From NCBI GenBank assembly GCA_951406725.2, contig OX597814.1:160022001-160086000 (forward strand): a stretch of DNA of 64,000 nucleotides, in the 5' to 3' direction. Positions within the stretch are counted from its first letter, which is position 1; the number at the start of each line of letters is the position of its first letter. This document shows positions 39,421 to 52,403 of this stretch, one piece after another. The notes under the pieces were generated by a model. It worked only from the letters and a program-made list of their open reading frames with translations. It was not told where the DNA came from and did not search any database. Made by a program: the position numbers and the translations under genes. Source of the stretch: Octopus vulgaris. Taxonomy: Eukaryota.

Positions 39421-40328
39421 TAACATAAACAACAGCACTGCTGGACACCACACAGGTTGTGTAGAATATTTTCCTTGCAATATATAATATAATATACAAA
39501 ATAACAAACTCCTGAACAAAACCAAGTTACTCAACAATGCATGCGCCTATCAGCCGCTTCTCATCCACTAAGAATTCAGATATATTCTGTAAAATATTTT
39601 GTATTAGCTAAACTAAGAAGTTTATAAAAACTTTTGTAAATAAGTTTATCTTCTCTGCTAACCAAAGTTTCCAAGGTAGACATTTGCAAAATTTACTTAA
39701 TTGTTATTAATCATTATAACTTTATTTAATATCCTTCTCACATAATTATTTCTAGCTGACTTTCAGAGCTTAGGTCGTTATTATCAGTGATTGGAGTAAC
39801 CTTCTATAATCACGCTGTAGATATCCAACGGCCATTAGCGGACAGTTAAATGACCAATGGCTTGTTTATGACCTTTCTCAACTGATTAAACACTATCGTT
39901 TGTTACCGTTGGTGAAAATCATCACCTAATTAGTCTGTAAGGTGAACACAGCCAATCATAGAACTAACCATGCAGACAGTAGACGAAATATGTGAAGGTT
40001 GGATGAGTGAAGAAAACTAGCCAGGAGTCAAAAACCACACACCCCATACACACACATACGTGCATGCTAGCTATATATACATATATGCATAAATATATGC
40101 ATATAGACGTACATATAAGGCAGATGCATATACACTTACATAGGCCTGTAACCTATAATTCAAATACTAACACACATACGCACACACAAACACAAACTCG
40201 CGTGATATAAATACAAATATAGATACGTACGCATGCGTTGACACATAAATATCTCCCACACATGTATACGCTTATGTGTATACGTGAGTCTGTCTTTCTG
40301 CGTATTAGGTTGCTTGAGTCGTAACACG

Positions 40329-40398
<70 letters not shown>

Positions 40399-41294
40399 TG
40401 CACATGCGCTAGCACGCTCGTGTGTGTGTGATATTACGTGTGCGCATGCACCACTCGTTGCTTGAAACTCAGAATTTATTAGATCAATAAACCGGTAGTA
40501 TTACAAGAGAGAGGGAAGAAGCCATGATACGGTAAGTGGTGCGATCTCAACAGGTCATTATACGTCTGACTGACTGCTTGAAATATCTCGACGGCTAAAA
40601 CATCTTCAGGGCCCAATACTAAATACTGAAGTAGGCGAGTAGTAAATTTTGCCTTGTCTGTAGCTATGAGATTGTTTCTCTGATGAGGAGCATCCATGAA
40701 GCCTCTGGCTCTCGTCCATTACGGACAATCATAGTTTAATCTGCTCTTCTTCAAACAGTTGCACTACCCAAGTTATCCAAATGACAATGAGACGAGACTA
40801 CTGTTCATGCCGACATGGATGAAATCGTTCCGACATCTGTATGTGTTGTGTCTTCCGGCATAATCGTCAGGAATCTCTCAATTTGATTGTCACTAATCAG
40901 TATACAATTGTTTTGTATTTCTATCACCATTTTATTCCGCCCAGATGGACTGATAAAATTAAGGGAAAATACATGAAAGACAATGAAAGCACAACTCTTG
41001 TAAAATGGCAGAAATCTTTGTTTTTGTTTTATAACTACAGCAATCAACACATTCTAATCAGTGTATTTGGTTTCTTTTCGCTTCCAGTATTTTATCTACA
41101 GGGTAAAATGCTTGTGGAAATGTATTTATATTTCTACGAATCACTGAGAATATGTGTCCGTGTATTTACATCAGGTTTTTATTTATTTACTTGTATTTTT
41201 ATACGTGTTTACATGTGAGTTTTTAGCATATACGTATATATTGTACGCAAAAACCTATTACTCAGACACACACGCACGCGTACACACACATGCA

Positions 41295-43185
41295 TAAATG
41301 AATCCCCGCGTTACGAAAGCAGTGTGTTCCTGAAAAAGGTACTGCTACGCGAAATCCTGTAATATGGAATAATTTCTTCCATTGCTTTTCATATTATAAA
41401 GTGATAATACATTCTGGCAGATATTTTCTGAAAAATAAGTCCAACACAACAATTTTTATGCATGAAAATAAAAATTTTTCAATACACAATACAGTATGTA
41501 AACGTTAAAAAACATTTGAAGAGAAATATGTTAAGAAATAAATATAAATCATAATATAGCAGCCTGGTACGTTCTTCCCATGAAAGTTGTCGACTACTGT
41601 GTGAGGAGTAGTGATGATGGAATAAGAATTACTGGGAAGATGAGGGACACTATCTTCTAGCTTATGGTTCATCATCATCAAAATCTGCTTGAGGGGAGAA
41701 GTCGTCCAAAATAGCTTGAAATTTATGATGCATTATTTCTTTGTACTGATCAGCGTAGCAACTGAGCAAATGGTAAACTCCTATCGTAATTTTTATGTTA
41801 CATTCATGATTAGGGTTGTTAGCGAAATCTTGCAGAACCTTCTTCTATAAGTGCCAAATTTAGCAATGTTCTTTGCAGTCAATTTAAGTGGAGTTGGTAA
41901 AATTTTCGTATTTTCGCCTGTATTTTCAGCTTTATTTTTGTTTGACAGCGTTAGCTCCTCGTTAGATAACATTCTTCAAGAGGTAACTAAACTACACTAT
42001 CCTTTATGACTTCTTGATATCCTACATCATTTGCAAGTGTCACAATATCTTCGAATTTGATAGTCTTTCTTCTAGGGGTAAGCTTGTAAACTCATGGATA
42101 CAGTATGGCCACATATTCTTCCAAGCACCACTCAAAGTTGACTGTTACCTTCCATACCTATTTCTTTACTACCCACAAGGGGCTAAACACAGAGGGGACA
42201 AACAAGGACAGACACACGGATTAAGCCGATTACATCGACTCCAGTGCGTAACTGGTACTTATTTAATCGACCCCGAAAGGATGAAAGGCAAAGTCGACCT
42301 CGGCGGAATTTGAACTCAGAACGTAGCAGCAGACGAAATACCGCTAAGCATTTCGTCCGGTGTGCTAACGATTTTGCCAGCTCGCTGCCTTGTTTCCTTT
42401 CATACCATGACTTAGCTATGCTGTCCACAACATGCATTATGGAGAACTTCTTCCAGAAGTTTCTAACTATAAATTCATCCTTCTTGTCAATTGCTTTTAT
42501 ATGTTATTTGAAAGTTCGTCTCAATCTACCTTGAATTTAGCCATACATCTTGAACATTTAGTTAGAAAAAAGAAGTTGTATTCTTGGGGATATACTGATC
42601 TTTCATTGCCAGAAAGATGTTCTAAGTTCACTGGGTTGATTGGTGCTATATCTAAAACGAGCAATGCTTTGTTAAAAATATTGTTTGGTACTGTGCAGGG
42701 CAAAAATGTTTGTAAATCACTCTTCCAAAAAGTTATAAGTCTTCTATCCATTCCTAATTTAACCGCCAAATTAGTGGAAAATTAAACTTAAGGTAACCCT
42801 TGAAAGTAATACTGGTGTAGAGGCTTTAATTTTATATCACCGGCGGTATATTCTTGCAGAATAAGTGTCAGAGGATTTTTGGAAGTTTTAAATCCTGGCA
42901 TTGGTTTCTGTTCTCGAGAAATAAAAATTCTAGCAGGCTTGAACTAGAGAAGTGCAGTTTTATCAATAGCTCTAGACTGTAGCCCCACCCTAGCACTCAT
43001 AAAATTTTTCTTCAGCTGCTCAGATAATTACTAGCAGCCTCTGTATCAGTACTGACAGCTTAACTAGTCATTTTTATGTTGTGCAGATTCAAGCACTTCT
43101 TAAACTTTCAAGCCAGATTTTAGAGTCAGAAAAGGTTTTACATTGGAAGTTTCACTTTCTTTTTCCGCAAATTGCCATACAAACT
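41295..43185 (-). mobile_element. Tigger/pogo transposase fossil (CENP-B-like DDE_1), interrupted by an OK SINE
   Basis: WL..FKKCLNLHNIKMT..AVSTDTEAA, FISREQKPMPGFKTSKNPLTL..AGDIKLKPL, KALLVLD.AP..P; many stops. Confidence 0.8.
42159..42390 (-). mobile_element. Full-length OK-like SINE (tail type 1)
   Basis: ~16-bp TSD tgtt(a/t)cctt(c/t)catacc at 42143-42158 and 42391-42406. Confidence 0.9.
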
Positions 43186-43399
43186 ACGATGTTTTAATTA
43201 TCAACGTACTTATTCTTACAGCGTGTCGAGTCTGATCCTCAATCCATATACCCACGAGTGTGTGTACGTGCTTGTTCTGTGTGTGTATGTGTGTGGCGAT
43301 TTGGTATGATTCGAAAGCTCCAACATTGCAAGGAAACGCAATGTGACCAGCAGTGTATAACAATATCCGATAGTCTAGTCGATACTGTGATAGACACAC

Positions 43400-43560
43400 T
43401 GACAAAAATAAAACACACACACACATACGACGGATTTCCATACAGTTTTAGCTCGGGCTATAGTAGGAGACACATGCCAAAGGTGCTTCGCAGTCGGATT
43501 GAACCCGAGACCACATGGTTGCAAAACGATCTTCTTAACCACATGGCCATGCCTGCGCCT
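43400..43560 (-). mobile_element. OR1-like SINE 5' half; further OR1 pieces at ~11460-11640, 29445-29550, 35230-35420, 44445-44570, 45830-46010, 46290-46590, 46650-46790 and 58280-58442
   Basis: GCTATAGTAGAAGACACTTGCCCAAGGTGC and TTTTACTTGTTTCAGTCATT blocks. Confidence 0.75.
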
Positions 43561-43917
43561 ATATATAAAACTATTTTATTTTTATACATCCAACCATTAA
43601 AAGAAAATGAACCCCTACTGAAAAGAATAATAATAATAAAAAGCTTGAGAACAGCTGTTATTATTTAACATAAATGTACTTATGAACAGAGGTGTCCCAG
43701 CTATGACTCGTCCATTTAATTTCAGACATTGTATCTTGATCAATATTATTCGATATCCGTTCCTGTTTACGACGGCAAGGTGTGATTTGGAAGACATTTG
43801 ACTGTTATTTATAGCAGACCAAGCAACCACTAAGAGGATCTCTGAGTCCTGATATTCTTGTAGTTACCATCGTTACTGTTGCTACTGGTGCTGCTACTGA
43901 AACTACAGCCGCTGAAA

Positions 43918-43946
43918 ATGATGATGATGATGATGATGATGACGAC

Positions 43947-44015
<69 letters not shown>

Positions 44016-44056
44016 GGTGGTGGTGGTGGTGGTGGTGGTGGTGGTGGTGGTGGTGG

Positions 44057-44121
<65 letters not shown>

Positions 44122-44136
44122 GTGATGGTGATGGTG

Positions 44137-44211
<75 letters not shown>

Positions 44212-44228
44212 GTGATGACGATGATGAT
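43918..44228. repeat. (GAT)n/(GGT)n microsatellite
   Basis: Directly visible. Confidence 0.95.
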
Positions 44229-46097
44229 TCTACTGCTTTTGATTGTGGAATTTTTGCTGCTGATAATGATATGTAAAAATGCCCGTTAATAAATTGCATC
44301 TTTTTCAGAAAATAATTCTAAATGTAAACAAAACATCAATAGGAATAATATCGTTATTTCTGTTATTTTCTCCAAATTATAGCTTTTATTTCATCTGAAG
44401 ATCCATTTGCTTCTTAAAACAATCTATAAGAAGATCAAACTTTTATCTTTTGTCTTTTATCTTTTACTTGTTTCAGTCATTGGATTGCGACCTTGCTGGA
44501 GTACCACCTTGAAGGGTTCCGTCGAACAAGTCGACCCTAGTATTTATTTTTATGTCTGATATTTTATTCTATTATTATTCATCGTATCGCCACCAATAAA
44601 TTTGAAATTACCACATCAAAAACCACCTAAACTAACACCGTTATAGGAAATCATAACAGCTCATATCAGTCCTTCTTCCTCACAACACTACTCCCTCTAG
44701 AATTTCCCATGATTTTCTTGCAGCCTTTTGTAATTCTTCAAGAGAAACATTGTGTGAAATACATCAGTGTCGGAGGACCTGCGAAAGCCATGAGGCTCTC
44801 CCTCTTCCTGGAAGGCAAATCAAAAATAAATAAAATAAAATAAAAAGATTCTAAACTCAATTTTATAAATAAAGCTCAGACTGTAGACCATTTTACATGA
44901 AACAAAAAAAATCTCCTTGAGCTATGATCTGTGTTTATGCATTTAAGAAAAGGATACCAAAATATATTTATGTCGCTTAGGCAAAATTTCAATTGGCGAT
45001 TAATAAGTATTATATTTATACAAATAATAAGTTAACTGAAACGTAAATGCCAGAAACAGAAATAGCAGTGTGACAACTATATAATATTAAGGCATCAATT
45101 TAAATCTAGCCGCCGCAGCATTTTTTTTTTAATGTATTCATTGCAGACCTTGCAACCTTTCACACCTTCAGGGCTTGGAGGCTGTTATGTTTTCTCTGGC
45201 ACATTTCGAACAAAATTGAAACGAAAGGGCGTGGTTTTAATGGCGGGAAATAACGATTTGCACACTTTTTTTTCTTTCCTGAGCGTACTGTAAATTAAAG
45301 ACGAATTTCTTGCTAGTGATTTAATGCTCATCTTAATTTTTGGTAAGTTCGACCGAAAAATAGGGAATGTTTTTACGATTTTCTTCCACATTTACGTTTG
45401 CAACCACCTCGAGGCCAACTAAAGATGCTTCAAAGTCAAATGAATAAATAAATAAAAATGAAGCCAGGAAACGAAAATTATTATTAAACCGCTGAGAAGA
45501 AAAAAAGCGTCTTTGATGTGTCTCTGTATCTCCTAGTCTAGAATTAAAAATACACGGATTTAGAACAAAAGAAATATCGCAAAATTCTTGAGATATCCAT
45601 TAGAACTGACAATCAATTATATTTAAGTAGGTGGATTGTCTCATTAATAAACAGCACAAAGATTCTTTATGGCAAGTTTTTGATATATTGTTATTTTGGA
45701 TTTGAAAAGCAAAACACGAGACAGCTAAAATATCGTGGCATATATGTAGTGCTTTGGCACTTTCAGAGATCTATTTGTTGGCGTATAATGAAGTTCTTTG
45801 GTACTTCTTGAAATCTATTGTCTTTGATTCGTTTCAGTCCTTAGACAGCGGCCATGCTGGGGCACCATCAAGAAGTCAACACTAATACTTTTATCTTTTC
45901 TAAGTGTCGTACTTAAACCGCAAAGTTACGGAGATGTAAACAAAGCAACACCGTTATCAAACGGTGGTGCGATAGACCAAACACAACACAACACACACAT
46001 ACACAGACTTAGATACATGCACACATACATGCATACATACATACATACATACATACATGCATGCATACATACATACATACATACATACATACATACA

Positions 46098-46128
<31 letters not shown>

Positions 46129-46592
46129 CTACAATAATAAATGCCAAAACGAATTTCTGTGTATCAGTGTGTCACACTTTGACCCCCTCTCTCACAATTC
46201 AATGACACTTCTACTACTCTTGCTGGGGTGAAAATAATGATCGGCATAGAGACGATGAGGGCGGTAGTAGATTAATAGTTGAGATCTCAGGACTTATTGT
46301 TTGTAAGCCTAGTACTTATTCTATCGGTCTGTTTTGCCGAAACGCTAAGTTAGGGGAACGTAAACACACCAGCATCGGTTGCCTAGCGATATTGTAGGGG
46401 CTAAACACAGACACACAAACATATACACACACATACATATATACGACGGGCTTCTTTCAGTTTCCGTTTACCAAATCCACTCACAAGGCTTTGGTTGGGC
46501 CGAAGCTATAGTAGAAGACACTTGCCCAAGGTGCCACGCAGTGAGACTGAACCCGAAACCATGTGGTTGGTAAGCAAGCTACTTACCTCCCC

Positions 46593-46650
<58 letters not shown>

Positions 46651-47188
46651 GACGAGATTTGTTCAGTTTCCGTCTATCAAACCAACTCAAAAAGCTTTGG
46701 TTGGTCCGGTATAATAGTGGAAGACACTTGCCCAAGTTTCCACGCAGTTCTGAACCCAAACCATTTAGAGGGAAGCAACAGAGCCATGTATACGTATATG
46801 AAATACCACAGAGCCATGTATACGTATATGAAATGACTTTATAATAAATTTTTAGCATGAATTTGAATCTTTGGAACTTTTAAGAATCCATTCCTACCAT
46901 ATAACGTAGTTCCTTTGGTGTTTCTAGAAATCTCCTTGGTGAAATCTGTTATGTATTTCTTTGTCTCTTTTATAAATCAATCTCTCTGTTGTTTAGTTCA
47001 ATTTCAGCCCTGATCAAGCACATCTTTGATCAAGTACTTTCCAAACGTGACTATCCTGTCCTTCAGTATTACAGTCATGATGTATCTAAAGCTATAATAT
47101 ACAATGTGCCATGCACTTCCTGAAGACGAATTCAGTGAGTTGAAGAAAATTTGGTTGTTGTTCCTTGCAATTCTAGTCATCACGTAGA

Positions 47189-47450
47189 GTCTGTCCGTCC
47201 GTTCATCTGTCTGTCCGTCCGTTCATCTGTCTGTCCGTCCGTTCATCTGTCTGTCTGTCCGTTCATCTGTCTGTCCGTCCGTTCATCTGTCTGTTCGTCC
47301 GTTCATCTGTCTGTCCGTCCGTTCATCTGTCTGTCCGTCCGTTCATCTGTCTGTCCGTCCGTTCATCTGTCTGTCCGTCCGTTCATCTGTCTGTTCGTCC
47401 GTTCATCTGTCTGTTCGTCCGTTCATCTGTCTGTCCGTCCGTTCATCTGG
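47189..47450. repeat. 20-bp tandem minisatellite (CTGTCCGTCCGTTCATCTGT), about 13 copies
   Basis: Near-perfect 20-bp period. Confidence 0.95.
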
Positions 47451-48079
47451 GTGTCTGTCTATCTGCCTGCCTTGGAATCTTTTTATCTTCCACCCCATGG
47501 AGAATGGTTCTAGTGTCTTTCACGATTTTCGAACTTATTCAATTTGAACTTATTCAAATTCTGCTTTTAGATTTAAACATCTATACAAAAAGATTTTGTC
47601 CCGTAATCTTAGTTAATCATAGATTCTTCAACTCATGCGTGAGTTGCAAGTATGTGAGACCATAGAGTTTGTACTGTTTATGAACAAAAATAGAAATTGA
47701 GGGAAATATCTATTTCGATTGTTACCTAAAGATGCTTGACATTTGCTATGTTTGTTAAGTTAAATTCGTTACCCTTACAAAACAGACATGAAATCTCGTG
47801 GCGTATAGATACACAAATAAACACACACACACATTTGCATACATTCGTAAACAACCAAGTACGAACAGATGTACACACTTGGGTGTATGCTTCGACAATT
47901 CAGCCAACATGCCAACTCAACCACATATTTACAAATACCGGGAACTTTCTTAACTCAAAAAGGCTTGTTGCTTTGTTAGCGACTGGCTTGAACTTTTTCA
48001 AGAATTTAAATTATACATACATACATACATACATACATACATACATACATACATACATACATACATACATACATACATA

Positions 48080-48184
<105 letters not shown>

Positions 48185-48620
48185 TGGTCGTCCCACCTTC
48201 ATAGACGATTGTCATCTCTTTGTGCATCCGCGTTGTCAATGGTATTTCTGACTTTCCTTTTATGTCTTCTCAGATGACTATTCAGTCCCAGTGCAAATCC
48301 GCGCAATTTTAAGAATATCTGACAGATGAATGTGGTAATCCAATAAGTTCCAATAGGTTAAGTCTGCATACGTCTGCCTATCAATAGGTTAGGTTTGCAT
48401 ACGTCGCAACACTTCATCGCCAAAGGAATTTATGTAGATGGAATGACAAATGGGATCAACATAAAAAGACATCACTACGTAAATACAACATAATACTCTG
48501 CGTGTCCGTCATTAGTACCCGGTGACAAGCCAAAGTCAGATGATCAGTAATCACGTGCAAACGCAGACGCAGGGTTTACAACAGAGTGTTCCAATCCAAG
48601 AAGGATTCTTTGACAACAGG

Positions 48621-48716
<96 letters not shown>

Positions 48717-48733
48717 CCTCCCTATATACATAT

Positions 48734-48786
<53 letters not shown>

Positions 48787-48790
<4 letters not shown>

Positions 48791-48995
48791 ATCCCAAAAA
48801 GAAAGCACAAAAAAGCACAACAACGCGAGAACATGGAACAAATATAGTATTATTGGACGCTCAGGAAAGAAGGAAAGAAGGAGGGTTTAACGTTTCGAGC
48901 GGAGCTCTTCATCGAAAACATAGGAGAAGGAAAGATCCAGAGAAGGGAAGACAGAGGAAAAAAAATCGCCAGCGGTACACACGCGGTCACATTTT
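48787..48995 (-). mobile_element. Penelope-like terminal-repeat fragment with hammerhead motif (48885-48919), between (TA)n tracts
   Basis: Minus strand: gttt-TCGATGAA-gagc-tcc-gctc-GAAAC-GTT-aaac. Confidence 0.8.
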
Positions 48996-49027
48996 GAATG
49001 TATATATATATATATATACATTCAAAC

Positions 49028-49115
<88 letters not shown>

Positions 49116-49464
49116 TCATTTAATTAAAGACAAATCATGATGCCCCGATGAGTCTCACAATCCCTGAAATAATAAAATTTTGACCAGTTTATAATCGTTC
49201 AAGACTTTTAAGCATTCCGTCAAGCATTTTAGTACTTTAGTGTTGCTAATGAGTGCAGTTGGCTGTAAAATTGATTGTATAGAACCTTTAGATATGAACA
49301 TATAAAACTTTTTAAAGAAACGCAATTGTAATATATTCTAAGCACATCTAACATGATTTTGTATTGGCCGCTTTTGTGTTTTTTTTTTGAGAAAAAACAA
49401 TAAAAACGAAAACCAACACTCTTTGTCTATCTATATTATATTTATACATTATATATATATATAT

Positions 49465-50833
49465 CCCGGCTCGTTCCCCTGCTCCCGCCCACGTTGCCGC
49501 ACTTGCCCTTACCTCTCCAACACCACCCGCCTCACTAGCACCCACCATCGACCCTATCCCATCATCCACTCCTTCACCTGCACCTCCAGCAATATTATCT
49601 ATTGCATTTCTTGCTCTCTCTGCAATTCCTTGTACGTCGGACAAACGGGACGCCGCTTGGCTGACCGGTTCGCGGAACACCTTCGTGACATCCACCTTGC
49701 GAACGACACACCGGTCTCACGCCATTTCCGCTCCACCGGTCACTCCTTGCAACACCTATCTGTGTTCGGTTTGTCCTTACACAGAGGCCATCCGGATTCC
49801 CGTTTGCGCCGTGAACAGGAATTAATCTTCTCTCTTCGCTCTTATACGCCATTTGGTCTCAACTCTCCCCCACTCCTCATCTAACCCCCCTCTCCCCCTC
49901 CTCACCTATCCTTTCTCCCCCGACCCCTACTTCTTCAGTCCTTCATCCTTTCACCCCTACTCCCCTTCCCTTCTTCCCCCTCCCTCTTCCCCTTCCCTCT
50001 GCTCCCTCACTCCCTCTCTCCCCTTCTCTCTCCCCCTCTCCCTCTTTCCTCCTTCATCCCCCTCCTCCCCTTCCTTCTCCCCATCCTCTCCTCTTCCCCC
50101 TTCTCCTCCCCCTCTTCTTCCCCCTCTTCTCCCCCTCCCCCCTTCTCCTCACTACACCACATGACTTTACACATCACATCACATATGATGTGCCATACTA
50201 ATACACACACCAACTAATACATACTAATACGTACTAATACATACTAGTACATACTAATACTTACACCAACCCTATACATACACACGTCCAGACCCCGCAT
50301 ACGCACTTATACTCTCTCACACACACACATACACCTATACATACCAATACGTACTAATACATACTAATACATACTAATACATACACCAACCCCATACATA
50401 CGCACGTCCAGACCAATCCTACGCACTAATACTCTCTCATACACACACACACACACACACCTTTATACATACTAATACATACACCAACCCTATACATACA
50501 CACATCCAGACCCCTCCCACGCACTATTAGCTGGTCCCTCAACCCTTTTATCAACCCTATTATCTCCCTTTATTTCGCTCTCGCGTCTCATGTTTGATCT
50601 TTGACCTCTGGCCGAAATCAGATCGCCATGTTGATTCGTTAGCTACTGCACGCATTTTTTTCTCTCCTTCTTTCTGTGTTTTTCTCTCTCTGTGTATCTT
50701 TCTGTTGAAGAGCGTAGGCTCGAAACGTTAAAGACTTGTTTTATTTATATTTCCTGAGCGCCATACTAATACAATTGTTCGTTTGTTTTCCACCTGCCTT
50801 CGTCTTTTGTTTATTTTCATAAAGCTTCCCGTT
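49465..50833 (+). mobile_element. 5'-truncated Penelope-like element (Neptune-type Zn-linker plus GIY-YIG endonuclease, ORF to 49884; 3' repeat with hammerhead)
   Basis: C.RPRC.TCP..FTCTSSNIIYCISCSLCNSLYVGQTGRRLADRFAEHLRDI..PVSRHF..R..REQELI..P.GLN; (TA)n at both ends. Confidence 0.92.
50697..50734 (+). ncRNA. Minimal hammerhead-ribozyme variant in the Penelope 3' repeat
   Basis: tcttt-CTGTTGAA-gagc-gtag-gctc-GAAAC-GTT-aaaga: stem I 5 bp, stem II 4 bp, loopless palindromic stem III (ACGT). Confidence 0.7.
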
Positions 50834-51112
50834 ATATATATATATATATATATATGTAAACACATACATACAAAAACACACACACACTCACACATTGATA
50901 CATATAGACACACACACAATTATATACATGCGTATATATAATTATGCATACATATATAACTTCCTGTAACTTCTCTTAATTTATCCAGTTACAGTATTTC
51001 GCCCTTCTCATTCACCTAACATCTAACATCTACTAACATCGTAACCCTGTTTTCTTACTATACTATCATACATATTCATATACATGCATACATACATATA
51101 TACATACATACA

Positions 51113-51148
<36 letters not shown>

Positions 51149-51253
51149 TATATATTTATATATATATAAATTTTACATACATATAAATATATATGCCTTT
51201 ATGTACATATATATGCACACACACATATTTATATGCATACATACATATATATA

Positions 51254-51482
51254 TTTCTTTACTGCCCACAAGGGGCTAAACGTAGAGGGGACAAACAAGG
51301 ACAGACAAAGGGAGTAAGTCGATTACATCGACCCCAGTGCGAAACTGGTACTTTATTTATCGACCCCGAACGGATGAAAGGTAAAGTCGACCTCGGCAGA
51401 ATTTGAACTCAGAACGTAACGACAGACGAAATACCGCTAAGCATTTCGCCCGGCGCGCTAACGTTTCTGCCAGCTCGCCGCC
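51254..51482 (-). mobile_element. Full-length OK-like SINE (tail type 1)
   Basis: Complete from head to GTGGGCAGTAAAGAAAT tail. Confidence 0.9.
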
Positions 51483-51649
51483 ATACATGCATACATATAC
51501 AGACACACATCTGCACACACTAACACATGTTCCTGCAACGACGAAGAAGAAATGGAAATGATAGCTATTGGATAATGCTGGTAGTCGCAGCCTCATCTGC
51601 TCATGTAAGCGGCCACTCGTCCTCATGATTTTCGGTCACAAAGAACTGC

Positions 51650-51683
<34 letters not shown>

Positions 51684-51762
51684 GTCGTAGTCGTCGTCGT
51701 CGTCGTCGTAGTCGTCGTCGTAGTCGTCGTCATCGTCATCGTCGCCAGCATCATCATCGATA

Positions 51763-51795
<33 letters not shown>

Positions 51796-52365
51796 ATGTA
51801 TGTATGTATGTATGTATGTATGTATATACGGCATTGATAAAATTCAGTAAATATGCATGGTATTTTATACTTTATAAAGCATACACTAATTTCGACAAAT
51901 TGACTGCCAAGATTACTTAATTGCTAGTTGGACATTTATTTATATAATATTATCTTCAATATATACACACGCATATTCTCATTCCTCTTCTTAAATTTTA
52001 CATTCCTCTTCTTAAATTTTTCGCTGTGCAAAATCTTTTCGGACCTGAATTGCATCGTTTTCACACGGTTACACGCTTTTTTGAGCAAAGAACAAGGAGT
52101 GAGTGATAATGGGGAAAAATGTATGAAGGGCGCTTGATAAGGCTGAAGGCTGTGTCGAAAGGAATTCAGCGAACTAATCAATTAGGTAATTAATGTATTA
52201 ATTATTTATCTAATTATTTAATGGGTTAATATCACTGAAGTGAAATAGAACCGATCAACCAGCGTGTGTGTTTATATTTGCAATATGAGACTTTCTTAAA
52301 GAACGAAATAGTTGTTTGAACACGGAATTTTGCATCTGGAATCTTACGGAACAAATACAAATATG

Positions 52366-52403
<38 letters not shown>

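Noticed and set aside
47189-47450. Regular repeat array as a possible CRISPR
   Set aside because: No spacers and a eukaryotic context; it is a plain tandem repeat.
48274-48333. Possible small exon after a good polypyrimidine-CAG acceptor
   Set aside because: Stops in all three frames and a weak donor.
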